Below, one piece after another: positions 16,805 to 26,460 of a stretch of DNA of 33,093 bases (position 1 is its first letter; each line of letters begins with the position of its first letter). Position numbers and translations under genes: made by a program. The notes under the pieces were generated by a model, which was not told the DNA's origin, made no database searches, and saw nothing but the letters and a program-made list of their open reading frames with translations. Source of the stretch: an uncultured Syntrophorhabdus sp. (GTDB lineage Bacteria > Desulfobacterota > BSN033 > UBA1163); the NCBI GenBank assembly GCA_964638215.1, contig CAZXBI010000004.1:1-33093 (forward strand). Reading direction: 5' to 3'.

Positions 16805-18781
16805 ATGGTGAATGGTTGTTTCCAAAATCTTTTCCAACCCATCCAAATCGGAAGGATGAAACTTAAGAATAGGATAGTCATGCCTCCTATGTCTACTAAT
16901 TTTGCAGACCCTAAATCTCCTGGTTTTGTTTCAGAAAGGCATAAGTCTTATTATGGAGAAAGGGCGAGAGGGGGGGTAGGTCTCATTATTATCGAATCAA
17001 CCAATGTCAATCCATCAAAAGGTTTTAGGAGATTTGGGCTAGCTTTACACACGGATCAGTTCATTCCCGGCTTCAAAGAATTGGCTGAATCCATTCAAAA
17101 ATGGGGAGCAAAATGTGCTGTTCAACTTAACCACGGAGGGCGCATAGGATTCTTACAAGTTGATTCTGAAGGGACTCTTGGTCAAAATTCTTTAAAACCA
17201 GATCAGTATTTTGCAGCCTCGCCCTTGCCTCATCCGATGACAGGCACCATAGCCAAAGAATTGGCTGAAGATCAACTACAGGAGATCGCTGGATACTTTG
17301 CTGATGCCGCGAAAAGAGCAAGAAAGTCAGGGTTGGATGCTATCGAGCTTCATGGGGGCCATGGATATTTGTTAAACGAATTTTTATCTCCCTATACGAA
17401 CAAACGAAAGGACCGGTTTGGAGGTGACATTGAAGGAAGATCGAGGTTTCCTTTATTCGTGGTCAATCGGGTTAAAGAAGCTGTGGGCGATGATATCACC
17501 CTCATCTATAGGATGAGCGCGATCGAATTTGTAAAGGACGGATTGGAAATTAATGATTCCATTTATTTTGCAAAGGAGCTGGAGGAGGCAGGTGTTCAAA
17601 TCATTCATGTATCGGCTGGTTTGAATGAGACCCCATCAGCGATGAACCGGGTGATCCCACCGATGTCTTATCCAAGGGGGAGGTTAGTCCCATATGCGGA
17701 AGAGATCAAAAAAGAAGTGAAGGTACCAGTGATCGTGGTCCAGAGGATTAACACCCCTGAGCTCGCTGACGATATTATCCGAAGAGGAAAAGCTGACTTG
17801 GTTGCAACCGGTCGGGCCTTGATTGCAGATCCTCATTGGCCTTTGAAAGCTCAAGAAGGAAGACTGGATGAGATCAGGAGATGTATCGCGTGTAATCAGG
17901 GTTGCATGGAGAAGATTGTCATGGAAGAGACCCTCACTTGTCTTCATAACCCGGAGGTAGGTTATGAAAATATATATCGATTTGAGAAAAAAGAGAGAAA
18001 GGGAAGGAGGGTGTTGGTCATTGGTGGGGGGCTGGCGGGAATGGAAGCAAGTTATGTTCTTGCAAAGAGGGGCTGTGATGTCACGTTGATTGAGAATGAA
18101 GATCAGTTGGGGGGAACCGCTAGGGTAGCCTCCGTGATTAATGAGAAGAAAGAATTTAGTGGTGTTTTAGAGTACTTAGAAAATCAATTAAAGAAAATGA
18201 ACGTTGAAATCAAATTGAAAGAACCATTGGACATTCAACGGGTGGAAGAAGGCCATTTTGATGAGATCATCGTAGCTACGGGCTCAACGCCGATCGTCCC
18301 GAAGATGAACCTTCGCAAGAAGAATGTGGTTCGATTCGCGAAGGATGTCCTAAAGAATCCAGAAGGGATCGGAGAAAATATCATTATTCTCGGCGGAGGA
18401 TCCGTAGGGATTGAAGTCGCAGAGTATCTTCATCATTTGGGGAAGGATGTCACCGTTATTGAAATGTTAGATAAGATCTGTTCAGATCTTGGACCTCTCA
18501 ACAGGGTCAATGTATTGGAAAGGATAAACAGTTCATCCATTAAGATTATGTTGAAGACGAAAGTGGTTGAGATAAATGATGAAGGGATAATTATTTTGAA
18601 GGAGGGAAGAGAAGAAAAACTGAGACTCCCTGATAATGTGGTCATTGCCATGGGCACTAGACCGAACCCTCTATCCCTTAAGGATATCGACATTCCTATT
18701 CATTATGTAGGTGATTGTCAAAAAGTGGGGAATGCGATGGATGCAATTCATGGAGCTTTTCACATCGCTGTCAAAATTTAA
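16805..18781 (+). CDS. NADH:flavin oxidoreductase 1 (OYE TIM barrel + 4Fe-4S + FAD/NAD domains, FadH/BaiCD/BaiH-like ene-reductase)
   Basis: LF.PI.IG...LKNRIVMPPM, RARGGVGLII, ELHGGHGYLL..FLSP..N.R.D..GG, CIACNQGC-x11-C, GGGLAGMEA, GGGSVG.E, VGDC motifs. Confidence 0.93.
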   Translation: MVNGCFQNLFQPIQIGRMKLKNRIVMPPMSTNFADPKSPGFVSERHKSYYGERARGGVGLIIIESTNVNPSKGFRRFGLALHTDQFIPGFKELAESIQKWGAKCAVQLNHGGRIGFLQVDSEGTLGQNSLKPDQYFAASPLPHPMTGTIAKELAEDQLQEIAGYFADAAKRARKSGLDAIELHGGHGYLLNEFLSPYTNKRKDRFGGDIEGRSRFPLFVVNRVKEAVGDDITLIYRMSAIEFVKDGLEINDSIYFAKELEEAGVQIIHVSAGLNETPSAMNRVIPPMSYPRGRLVPYAEEIKKEVKVPVIVVQRINTPELADDIIRRGKADLVATGRALIADPHWPLKAQEGRLDEIRRCIACNQGCMEKIVMEETLTCLHNPEVGYENIYRFEKKERKGRRVLVIGGGLAGMEASYVLAKRGCDVTLIENEDQLGGTARVASVINEKKEFSGVLEYLENQLKKMNVEIKLKEPLDIQRVEEGHFDEIIVATGSTPIVPKMNLRKKNVVRFAKDVLKNPEGIGENIIILGGGSVGIEVAEYLHHLGKDVTVIEMLDKICSDLGPLNRVNVLERINSSSIKIMLKTKVVEINDEGIIILKEGREEKLRLPDNVVIAMGTRPNPLSLKDIDIPIHYVGDCQKVGNAMDAIHGAFHIAVKI

Positions 18782-18822
18782 TCCCATTTATAAGATCTTA
18801 TTATAAAAGGAGAAACAGAGAG

Positions 18823-19542
18823 ATGGCATCACTCAAAATTCGTCCCCTTCATGTCGGCACCATTACACGGCAGGCGATGACCTTTTGCTATTGGTTGGAT
18901 CCAGGCAAACTGGTCGACGTTCCATTGATCTCCTGGTATATCGAAGGATCTGACAAGAAAATTCTTGTCGATACTGGTGGAGGAGACCCTTCTCAAGCCC
19001 TTCCACGTTGGAAACCGTATATTAGAACGGAAGATCAGTCCCTTGAAAATGCTCTTAAAAAGGTTGAAGTGAGGTGTGAGGATATCGATATCGTCATTGT
19101 GACACATCTTCACTGGGACCATTCTGCTGGCAATGGGCTATTTCCAAAGGCTAACATTATTGTCCAAAAAGAAGAATTATTTGTTGCCCGCTCACCCTTC
19201 CCCATTATGACTCACGCCTTCATTAAGAGTATCGTGGAAGATATTAACTATACTGTTGTTTCAGGAGATCAGGAGATTTCAAAGGGGATAAAAGTATTTC
19301 TTATACCAGGACATACGTATGGCATGCAGGGGGTCTTGGTAGATGCGGAAACAAAAAGATATTTTATTGCGAGCGATACATTTGGTTTTTTCAAGAATCT
19401 TGAAACGGATCCGCCTACAATCAGTGGGATCTATGTCGATTTAAAAAAGTACTATGAGAGTTTAGAAAAAATATCTCAATTATCAGCTTTCATTCTACCG
19501 GGTCATGATTTTAAAGTCTTTGATAGAGAGGTTTATTTTTAA
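18823..19542 (+). CDS. Metallo-beta-lactamase fold hydrolase, N-acyl-homoserine lactonase/AiiA-like family
   Basis: ILVDTG, THLHWDH, PGHT.G, ASD, PGHD dinuclear metal motifs. ATG 18823 after AGGAGA. Confidence 0.88.
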   Translation: MASLKIRPLHVGTITRQAMTFCYWLDPGKLVDVPLISWYIEGSDKKILVDTGGGDPSQALPRWKPYIRTEDQSLENALKKVEVRCEDIDIVIVTHLHWDHSAGNGLFPKANIIVQKEELFVARSPFPIMTHAFIKSIVEDINYTVVSGDQEISKGIKVFLIPGHTYGMQGVLVDAETKRYFIASDTFGFFKNLETDPPTISGIYVDLKKYYESLEKISQLSAFILPGHDFKVFDREVYF

Positions 19543-19602
19543 TATGGACCTCCCTGGGATAGGGAGAGTGTAAAGAATTTATAACTTTATCAAGGGCAGG
19601 AG

Positions 19603-20841
19603 ATGGATATGAAGCTATCTGATTACGAAAAATCTATTTTGGCAGGGGACTTCGGAGAAGAGGCGAAGAAAATACTGGAAGTGATGACGAAGATCTATGA
19701 GATCAATAATGCCGACGACTTTATTCAGGTCAAAGAGGTGATGCTGGCAAGCACTCAAAATATGTCGATCGGTGGAGAGATGGGGATGGAATTTTTGACC
19801 CGCCTTGCAGAATCCGGAATACAATTCAAAGCAAAGACCATTACAGATCCTGTTTCCATCGATCTTGAAGGATGGAAGCGTATAGGAATTCCAGAGAAAT
19901 ATGCCCGCAAGCAGAAAAAATCTGTGGATGCATTAATGAAGATGGGCGCTGTTCCCACCTGGACCTGCACTCCTTACCTGACTGGATCAATCCATCGATA
20001 TGGAGATCATCTCGCCTATGTCGAAACCTCCTGTGTCATCTTCGCCAATTCCTATTTCGGAGCGAGGACAAACAGGGAGATGGATATATCGGCCTTGGCA
20101 AGTGCTATTACAGGAAATACTCCAAATTACGGATACCATTTATCAGATCATAGGGAAGGACAGATTCTGATCAATATCGAAACAGAATTAAAAACGACCT
20201 CTGATTATGACGCCCTGGGAAACTATGTTGGAAAGATAGTTGGGACAAAAATTCCAGTGTTTAAAAATATGGATAACAATGTATCAACTCAGGCGATGAT
20301 GCAATTGGGGGCAGCCCTCGCCACCACTGGAGCTGTTGCACTTTTCCATGTATTAGGAATCACACCGGACATTATTTTAGATCCTTATAAATATGGAGAA
20401 AAAAGTATTACCAAGAAGGTTACGATTACAGATACTGATATGAAAAAGGCCTACCAAGAATTAAATACAACACGTAGCACAGAAATCGATTTTGTTTCCA
20501 TTGGGTGCCCTCATTATACCATTGATAAGATTAGGGAGATTGCTTCTTTCTTAGAGGGGAAAAAGGTAAAAAGGGGTGTCGAAGTGTGGGTCTGTACTTC
20601 AAAGACAATTCGAAATATGGGTCTGCTGAGTGGTGAGATACAGACGATAGAGAAATCAGGAGCGAAAGTAGTAGTGGATACGTGCATGGTTTTAGCTCCG
20701 GTGAAACAAATAGGATTTCATAATATGGCCACTGATTCAGCAAAGGCTCAATTCTATTGTTCTGGTTTTGGACTGGGTGTGAGGTTTGGGAATACAGAGA
20801 AATGCCTACAGGCTGCTATCACAGGCAAATGGGAGGATTAA
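19603..20841 (+). CDS. Aconitase X catalytic (large) subunit, DUF521
   Basis: M.L...E..IL.G..GE, T.TCTPY, FANS..GARTNRE, A.TG.TP.YG.H, GAALATTG.V.LFH..G.TP, GCPH, DTCMV..P, TDSAKA motifs. Confidence 0.9.
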   Translation: MDMKLSDYEKSILAGDFGEEAKKILEVMTKIYEINNADDFIQVKEVMLASTQNMSIGGEMGMEFLTRLAESGIQFKAKTITDPVSIDLEGWKRIGIPEKYARKQKKSVDALMKMGAVPTWTCTPYLTGSIHRYGDHLAYVETSCVIFANSYFGARTNREMDISALASAITGNTPNYGYHLSDHREGQILINIETELKTTSDYDALGNYVGKIVGTKIPVFKNMDNNVSTQAMMQLGAALATTGAVALFHVLGITPDIILDPYKYGEKSITKKVTITDTDMKKAYQELNTTRSTEIDFVSIGCPHYTIDKIREIASFLEGKKVKRGVEVWVCTSKTIRNMGLLSGEIQTIEKSGAKVVVDTCMVLAPVKQIGFHNMATDSAKAQFYCSGFGLGVRFGNTEKCLQAAITGKWED

Positions 20842-20842
20842 A

Positions 20843-21256
20843 ATGTCACTCGCTTATCAGGGAAGAAGCATATGCAACGGTTTGGCCGAGGGCGAAGCCC
20901 TCGTAACAAAACAAGGAATCTCTTTTTTGGGAGGAGTCGATCCAGAGACAGGTGTCATTACCGAAGTGGATCACGAACTCCATGGGGAAAGATTGGGGGG
21001 GAAGATACTTGTCCTTCCTTCCCTTAAAGGATCTGCTGGTGGGATGTGGATCCTCATCCGATTAGCAGCCAGCCAAAAAGGTCCCAAAGCGGTCATTGTT
21101 GCTCAAGCGGATACCATTTTAGTTGGGGCAGTAATCATAGGAGAGATCCCGACTGTTGATTCGTTGCCTACGGATGCTTTCCAAATGTTTAAAAGTGGCG
21201 ATTTATTAAAGGTAGATGGAACCAAGGGGACGGTAGCACTCATTAAAAAAAGGTAA
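20843..21256 (+). CDS. Aconitase X swivel (small) subunit, DUF126
   Basis: GR.I..G.AEGEALV....ISFLGGVDPETG.I....H.L.G....GKILV.P..KGS, IP.VD, VDG..G.V. ATG at 20843. Confidence 0.9.
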   Translation: MSLAYQGRSICNGLAEGEALVTKQGISFLGGVDPETGVITEVDHELHGERLGGKILVLPSLKGSAGGMWILIRLAASQKGPKAVIVAQADTILVGAVIIGEIPTVDSLPTDAFQMFKSGDLLKVDGTKGTVALIKKR

Positions 21257-21331
21257 GGCCCATCCATTGTGGTTGAGCGAGAAGTTTTTGTGATCTCATA
21301 AATATAATTCAATTGGAAGGAGGAGGATTTT

Positions 21332-22723
21332 ATGAAGGGCAAACAGGACAAAAAGATTGCAGAGGTGGTGGCGGAGTTTGTCGTGAAGACGAAGTATAAA
21401 GATTTGCCGAAAGAGACAGTGGACCAGGTGAAGCATTATATTGTTGACTGTGTGGGTTGTATGGTAGGGGCTGGGAAGGAGCCTCAAGCGCAAGCTTTGT
21501 TGAAGGTGATGAAAGAAGAGGGTGGGAGTCCTCATAGTTCTGTATTTGGGCAGGGTTTTAAGACTTCAGCGATGAATGCGGCGTTGTTGAATGGAACATT
21601 GGGACATATTTTTGATTTTGATGATGATCATCGTGAGGGGACGATGCATCCGTCGGTGGCGGTATTTCCTGCGGTCTTTGCATTGGGGGAAAAGTTGAAG
21701 GTGAGCGGGGAGGAGTTATTGCGGGCCTTTATCTTGGGTTTAGAGGTGATGATACGGGTAGGGGAGGCCTATCTCGGGAAGTCTTATTATCAGGGTTTTC
21801 ATCCCACAGGCACGTGCGGGATCTTTGGGGCTTCGGCGGGGAGTGCATTGATCTTGGGATCGAATGTGAAGCAGATGACGTATGCGTTGGGTTTGGCGGG
21901 TAGTTTTGCAGCAGGGACTTTGGAATGGCGAACTGAAGGTTCATGGCAAAAGCCGTTGCAGGCGGGTCATCCTGCGATGTGTGGGGTGTTGGCAGGGTCG
22001 TTAGCAAAGCAGGACTTTATTGGGGCTCGCACGATCTTTGAGGGTCCAGATGGAGTAATTCGGGCTTTTTCATTTAAGGATACTTATGATTATGATCGGA
22101 TTACAGGGACGTTAGGGAAGAAGTGGGAGATGAAGGATACGAGCATCAAGGTGCATGCATGTTGTCGTTTTGCAGCCCCAGTGGCTGATTGTGCTGTTGA
22201 TTTATATCGTCAGGGAGTGCGGGCAAAAGATGTTAAGAAAATTGTGGCAAAAGTGGGTGACTTTACCATTAGAGTTCTATGTACACCTCCTGAAACAAAG
22301 TATCGTCCGGTGACGCATGTGGATGCCCAGTTTAGCCTTCCCTATACAGCAGCCGTTGCTATTTGCAAAAATCGGACGGGACTGGAGGAATTCAAAGAAA
22401 AAGCGTTGAAGGACCCTGAGGTCTTGAAGCTTGCGTCTAAGGTGACCTGGGAGCTTGATCCGGGGGCGGAGGCTCTCTATCCGAAGGCTTATCCGGCTAC
22501 ATTAGTAGCTACATTGAATAATGGTAGGGTATTTGAGTCCCATGTGGATTATCCAAAAGGTGATCCTGAAGACCCAGCTTCTTTTGAAGAAATCGTTGAT
22601 AAGTTTAATATGCTCACAGAAAAGTTTTTCAGCAAACAGAGGAGAGAAAAGATTGTTGAAGAAATTAAAAAGATAGAAAAAATGGAGAATGTCGCTAAAT
22701 TAGGTGAACTGCTTAGAGGATAG
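21332..22723 (+). CDS. MmgE/PrpD family protein 2
   Basis: DFDDDH...HPS, GFHPTGTCG, K.LQAG, FEG, KVHACCR, AQFSLPY, PKGDP..P motifs. Confidence 0.93.
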   Translation: MKGKQDKKIAEVVAEFVVKTKYKDLPKETVDQVKHYIVDCVGCMVGAGKEPQAQALLKVMKEEGGSPHSSVFGQGFKTSAMNAALLNGTLGHIFDFDDDHREGTMHPSVAVFPAVFALGEKLKVSGEELLRAFILGLEVMIRVGEAYLGKSYYQGFHPTGTCGIFGASAGSALILGSNVKQMTYALGLAGSFAAGTLEWRTEGSWQKPLQAGHPAMCGVLAGSLAKQDFIGARTIFEGPDGVIRAFSFKDTYDYDRITGTLGKKWEMKDTSIKVHACCRFAAPVADCAVDLYRQGVRAKDVKKIVAKVGDFTIRVLCTPPETKYRPVTHVDAQFSLPYTAAVAICKNRTGLEEFKEKALKDPEVLKLASKVTWELDPGAEALYPKAYPATLVATLNNGRVFESHVDYPKGDPEDPASFEEIVDKFNMLTEKFFSKQRREKIVEEIKKIEKMENVAKLGELLRG

Positions 22724-22827
22724 AAAGAGGAATTCCTCATTGAGGAAAGGGGTTTCCAAAGAGGATTAAAATACTTTGGGACCTCTTCAGTGAGAAAGAA
22801 AAAACCGAGAAAAAGGGGGTTTTTTCA

Positions 22828-23991
22828 ATGACTGAATTTAGGAAAATACCTGTGATTATCCAACGCGGAGGTACGAGTAAGGGAATCTATATCCATGAAA
22901 AAGATTTACCTAAAGATACAAAATTGAGAGATAAAGTCATACTGGCAATTTTTGGGAGTCCTGATAGGAGACAAATTGATGGATTAGGGGGGGCAGATCC
23001 TTTAACCAGCAAAGTGGCCATTATCTCACGATCTGAGAGAAATGATGTTGATGTGAATTATACCTTTGGAGCAGTCGATATCAATGAACCTATCGTAGAT
23101 TATAAGGCAAACTGTGGAAATATTTCTTCTGGCGTTGGGCCCTTTGCCATTGACGAGGGTTTAGTTAAAGCCAAAGGTTCTGAGACGATTGTTCGAATCT
23201 ATAATACAAATACAAAAAAGAGTTTTAAAGCTTACGTTCCCACGTATCGAGAAAAGACAAAATATTTAGGGGATTATGCCATCGATGGAGTTCCTGGAAC
23301 CGGTGCTAAGATTCTTCTCGATTATTCAGAGACAGCAGGCGCTATCACTGGAAAACTTCTACCTACTGGCAATCCCACGGATGCTGTTTCCATTCCGTCT
23401 ATTGGAACAATTGAAATGTCGATTGTGGATGCAGGGAACCCTCTATGTTTTATTAAACCCGAAGTTTTGAATTTTTCCGGGATTGAGGGACCATTGGATC
23501 AAAAGGTCATTGATTCACTCGGTAAGATCGAACTGATCAGAGGAACCGCCGCCAAAATGATTGGACTGGTGGACGATTCAACGCAAGCTCGGATTAAGAC
23601 GCCTGCAATTCCAATGTTGGTTTTTGTCAGTAAACCTGCACCCTACACAAGTTTTACGGATGGTCATCGAATTGAGTCTGGAGAAATAGATTTCGTTGCA
23701 AGACTTTTTTATATGCAAGAAATGCATAAGACCTATGCTGGAACAGGAACGGTTTGTACGGGTGCAGCAGCAATGATCGAGGGGACATTAGTAAATCAGG
23801 TGACTTCTCCTAAGGCGAAAGAGACAGGAATGGTTCGTATTGGCCATCCAGATGGAGTGATACCTATTGACGTAGAAGTCGAAAAAACAGCTGAGGGTTT
23901 TCAGTTAAAAAAAGCAGCTTTTGGCCGAACATCGAGAAGAATTATGGAAGGTTTTGTTTATGTTCCTGAAAGCCTTTTTAAGGCCAAGTGA
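22828..23991 (+). CDS. prpF: PrpF/Mii/LigU family isomerase (DAP-epimerase fold)
   Basis: RGGTSKG, GSPD.RQIDGLGGA..LTSKVAI, NCGNISSGVG.FA, IDGVPGTG, LLPTG, D.GNP, HK.YA.TG, HP.G, RT.RRIMEG.V motifs. The symbol is family-level only. Confidence 0.92.
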   Translation: MTEFRKIPVIIQRGGTSKGIYIHEKDLPKDTKLRDKVILAIFGSPDRRQIDGLGGADPLTSKVAIISRSERNDVDVNYTFGAVDINEPIVDYKANCGNISSGVGPFAIDEGLVKAKGSETIVRIYNTNTKKSFKAYVPTYREKTKYLGDYAIDGVPGTGAKILLDYSETAGAITGKLLPTGNPTDAVSIPSIGTIEMSIVDAGNPLCFIKPEVLNFSGIEGPLDQKVIDSLGKIELIRGTAAKMIGLVDDSTQARIKTPAIPMLVFVSKPAPYTSFTDGHRIESGEIDFVARLFYMQEMHKTYAGTGTVCTGAAAMIEGTLVNQVTSPKAKETGMVRIGHPDGVIPIDVEVEKTAEGFQLKKAAFGRTSRRIMEGFVYVPESLFKAK

Positions 23992-24024
23992 TGATTTTAA
24001 AATTGACGGGAGGATAAAAAGAAG

Positions 24025-25995
24025 ATGAACAATTTTCCGCATCTTTTTCAACCAATTCAAATAAAGGGGCTTTTAATTAGTAATAGGATTGTCATGGCAG
24101 CGATGAATACTGATTATGCTGGCCCCGATGGTGAAGTAACTTCCCAATTGATAGATTACTTCGTCGAGAGGGCGAAGGGGGGAGTGGGTTTAATCATTAC
24201 TTCAGCGGTAGCAGTAGATCTGAACGCTAAGAAACGTGTTGGGGAGTTGTGCGGATATTCGGACGACTTTATTCCAGGGTTGAGGCGTCTGGTAGACAAA
24301 GTGCATAATGCAGGGTCCAAGATTTTTATGCAGATTGTTCATGTGGGACGGGAGCTTGTTTCGAGCACAAGTTTGAAGTTCGCTGGGAAAGCTGTAGGCC
24401 CGTCATCTTTACCCCATCCCCTCACAGGCGAACCCTGCCGGGAATTAACCATTGAGGCAATCGAAGAAATTCGAGAAAAATTTATTAGTGCAGCAGGAAG
24501 AGGTAAAGAAGCAGGTTTTGATGGTGTGGAGATTCACGGTGCTCACGGCTATTTATTAAGTCAGTTTATAAGTCCTTATTCCAATAGGCGGTTGGATGCG
24601 TACGGTGGAGGATTTGAAGGCAGGATTAAATTTCCATTAGAAGTGGTCAAAGGAATACGAAAAACAGTAGGAGAAGATTTTATCATTAGTTATCGGATGA
24701 ACGGAAACGTGTTTACCGAACGAGATACCCCTTCAGAGTATGATGAGAGCGTTTTATTTGCCAAAAGAATCTCTCCCTTCGTAGATTTAATTCATGTATC
24801 TGCAGGGAGTGGCCAGACCCCTCGGGCGACTAGAATAATGATTCCACTCATGTCAAGTCCTCGGGGTTGTTATGCACACTTAGCCAGGGCTGTTAAAAAA
24901 GAAGTTACCCTTCCTGTCATCACCGTGGGCAGAATTAATACCCCTGAAATTGCAGAGGCTATCCTCGCTAGGGGAGATGCAGATATGGTGGCCATTGGAA
25001 GGGGAATGATTGCCGATCCATATTGGGGCAATAAGGCAAAAGAAGGAGAAGTGGATGAGATCAGACGCTGCATTGCTTGCAATCAAGGGTGTATGGAATA
25101 TTTAATCCATGAGGAAAAAATCACCTGTATTCACAATCCCGCTGTAGGTAAAGAACATGAATTAGCTATAACACCAGCTAAGAAGAAGAAAAAGATACTT
25201 ATTATTGGTGGTGGAGTGGGTGGGATGGAGGCAGCAAGGGTAGCTGCCTTGCGTGGGCATAAAGTTGAACTGTGGGAAAAGACAAATTCTTTAGGAGGAA
25301 ATGCCAATCTGGCTTCCAAGACACCTTGGAAAGTGGAATTTAAGGGAGTCGTGGATTATCTTGTAAATCAAATGAAAAGGCTGGACATTTCCTCAAAACT
25401 AATGACCGAAGGAACGGTTGCAAAAATAAAAGAAAATCAGCCAGATGAATTGATATTAGCAACGGGAGCAAAGCCTAGGGTCATCGATATATCTGGTATG
25501 AAAAGGGATAGGTTCTTTTTGGCTGAGGATATCCTCTCGGGGAGACTGGCGGAATTGGTTAGTCCTGTTTGTGTCATTGGGGGAGGTATGGTGGGACTCG
25601 AGACGGCTGCGCTCTTAAAAATAAATGGGCATGAAGTTGTTGTAATAGAAATGCTTCCAGAGGTCGGGATCGATATGAGAGCCATTAATAGGGCTTTTTG
25701 GTTTGATAAGATTGCAGAGCTGGAGATTTCTATTCGTACTGAGTGTCAAGTGATTGATATTGTGGACAGTAAGTTAAGGGTGAAATTGAAAGGAGAAGAG
25801 AACCTAAAAGTATTAGACTCTTTTCCCTCGTATATTGTGGCGGTCGGCTATCAATCAAATAATCTTTTAAAAGAGGAGTTAGAAAAAGAGAAAGAGAAAC
25901 TTCCTTTTAAATTTTATGCTATTGGAGATTGCGTCTCACCTCGCAAAGCATTGGATGCCATCAGCGAAGGATATCTGGTTGCCCATTCATTGTGA
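24025..25995 (+). CDS. NADH:flavin oxidoreductase 2 (OYE + 4Fe-4S + FAD/NAD domains)
   Basis: LFQPI.I......NRIVM, RAKGGVGLI, EIHGAHGYLL.QF.SP..N.R.D.YGG, CIACNQGC-x11-C, GGGVGGMEAA, GGGMVG.E, IGDC..PR motifs. Confidence 0.93.
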   Translation: MNNFPHLFQPIQIKGLLISNRIVMAAMNTDYAGPDGEVTSQLIDYFVERAKGGVGLIITSAVAVDLNAKKRVGELCGYSDDFIPGLRRLVDKVHNAGSKIFMQIVHVGRELVSSTSLKFAGKAVGPSSLPHPLTGEPCRELTIEAIEEIREKFISAAGRGKEAGFDGVEIHGAHGYLLSQFISPYSNRRLDAYGGGFEGRIKFPLEVVKGIRKTVGEDFIISYRMNGNVFTERDTPSEYDESVLFAKRISPFVDLIHVSAGSGQTPRATRIMIPLMSSPRGCYAHLARAVKKEVTLPVITVGRINTPEIAEAILARGDADMVAIGRGMIADPYWGNKAKEGEVDEIRRCIACNQGCMEYLIHEEKITCIHNPAVGKEHELAITPAKKKKKILIIGGGVGGMEAARVAALRGHKVELWEKTNSLGGNANLASKTPWKVEFKGVVDYLVNQMKRLDISSKLMTEGTVAKIKENQPDELILATGAKPRVIDISGMKRDRFFLAEDILSGRLAELVSPVCVIGGGMVGLETAALLKINGHEVVVIEMLPEVGIDMRAINRAFWFDKIAELEISIRTECQVIDIVDSKLRVKLKGEENLKVLDSFPSYIVAVGYQSNNLLKEELEKEKEKLPFKFYAIGDCVSPRKALDAISEGYLVAHSL

Positions 25996-26019
25996 ACTTA
26001 CTAATGGAGAAGGGAGAAA

Positions 26020-26355
26020 ATGGAAATTAAAGTCAAAAAGATATCAGAACTTCCAGAAAAGCAGGAAATTGGTCACGAAGGATTTGTTGCCCGTTCGCTT
26101 GTCACCTTATTAGAAAAGGGGATTGCAGTAAGACTAATTAACGTTGCGCCTGGGGGAATAGGTCCAGTTACACCCCATAGCCATCCAGACATTCATTTCT
26201 TTTTAGTACTCGAAGGTACATTAGAGTTGGAGATTGATGGTCAACTCTATACGGTCCCAGGTGGGTCGTGTGTTGAAGTACCTCCAGGAAAAACACATCA
26301 ATTGCGCTGTCGTGGCCCAAAAGAGATGAAAGTGCTCGCCATCAAATGGACCTGA
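26020..26355 (+). CDS. Cupin domain protein 2
   Basis: PGG.....HSHPDIH...VLEG......DG......G....VPPG..H motifs. Confidence 0.85.
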   Translation: MEIKVKKISELPEKQEIGHEGFVARSLVTLLEKGIAVRLINVAPGGIGPVTPHSHPDIHFFLVLEGTLELEIDGQLYTVPGGSCVEVPPGKTHQLRCRGPKEMKVLAIKWT

Positions 26356-26460
26356 TATTTTTTAAGAAGTCTCCATTTTGTACTCGAATATAATCTACCA
26401 ACATTTATGGTTTGGGACCAACATATCTACATGTCCAGTATAAAGTAAGGAGAATAAAAC

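Noticed and set aside
18823-19542. Quorum-quenching lactonase or antibiotic-resistance beta-lactamase
   Set aside because: Only family-level similarity. It has no signal peptide and is embedded in a metabolic operon, so a pathway lactonase or amidase is more plausible.
18788-19592. TTATAA-containing motifs before the lactonase (about 18788-18806) and AcnX (19579-19592) genes as extra operator copies
   Set aside because: They match the 395-410 palindrome only partially, with inconsistent spacing, in AT-rich intergenic DNA. They cannot be distinguished from chance without footprinting.
19603-21256. Archaeal-type mevalonate pathway
   Set aside because: No mevalonate kinase, UbiD/UbiX or IP kinase genes are in the window.
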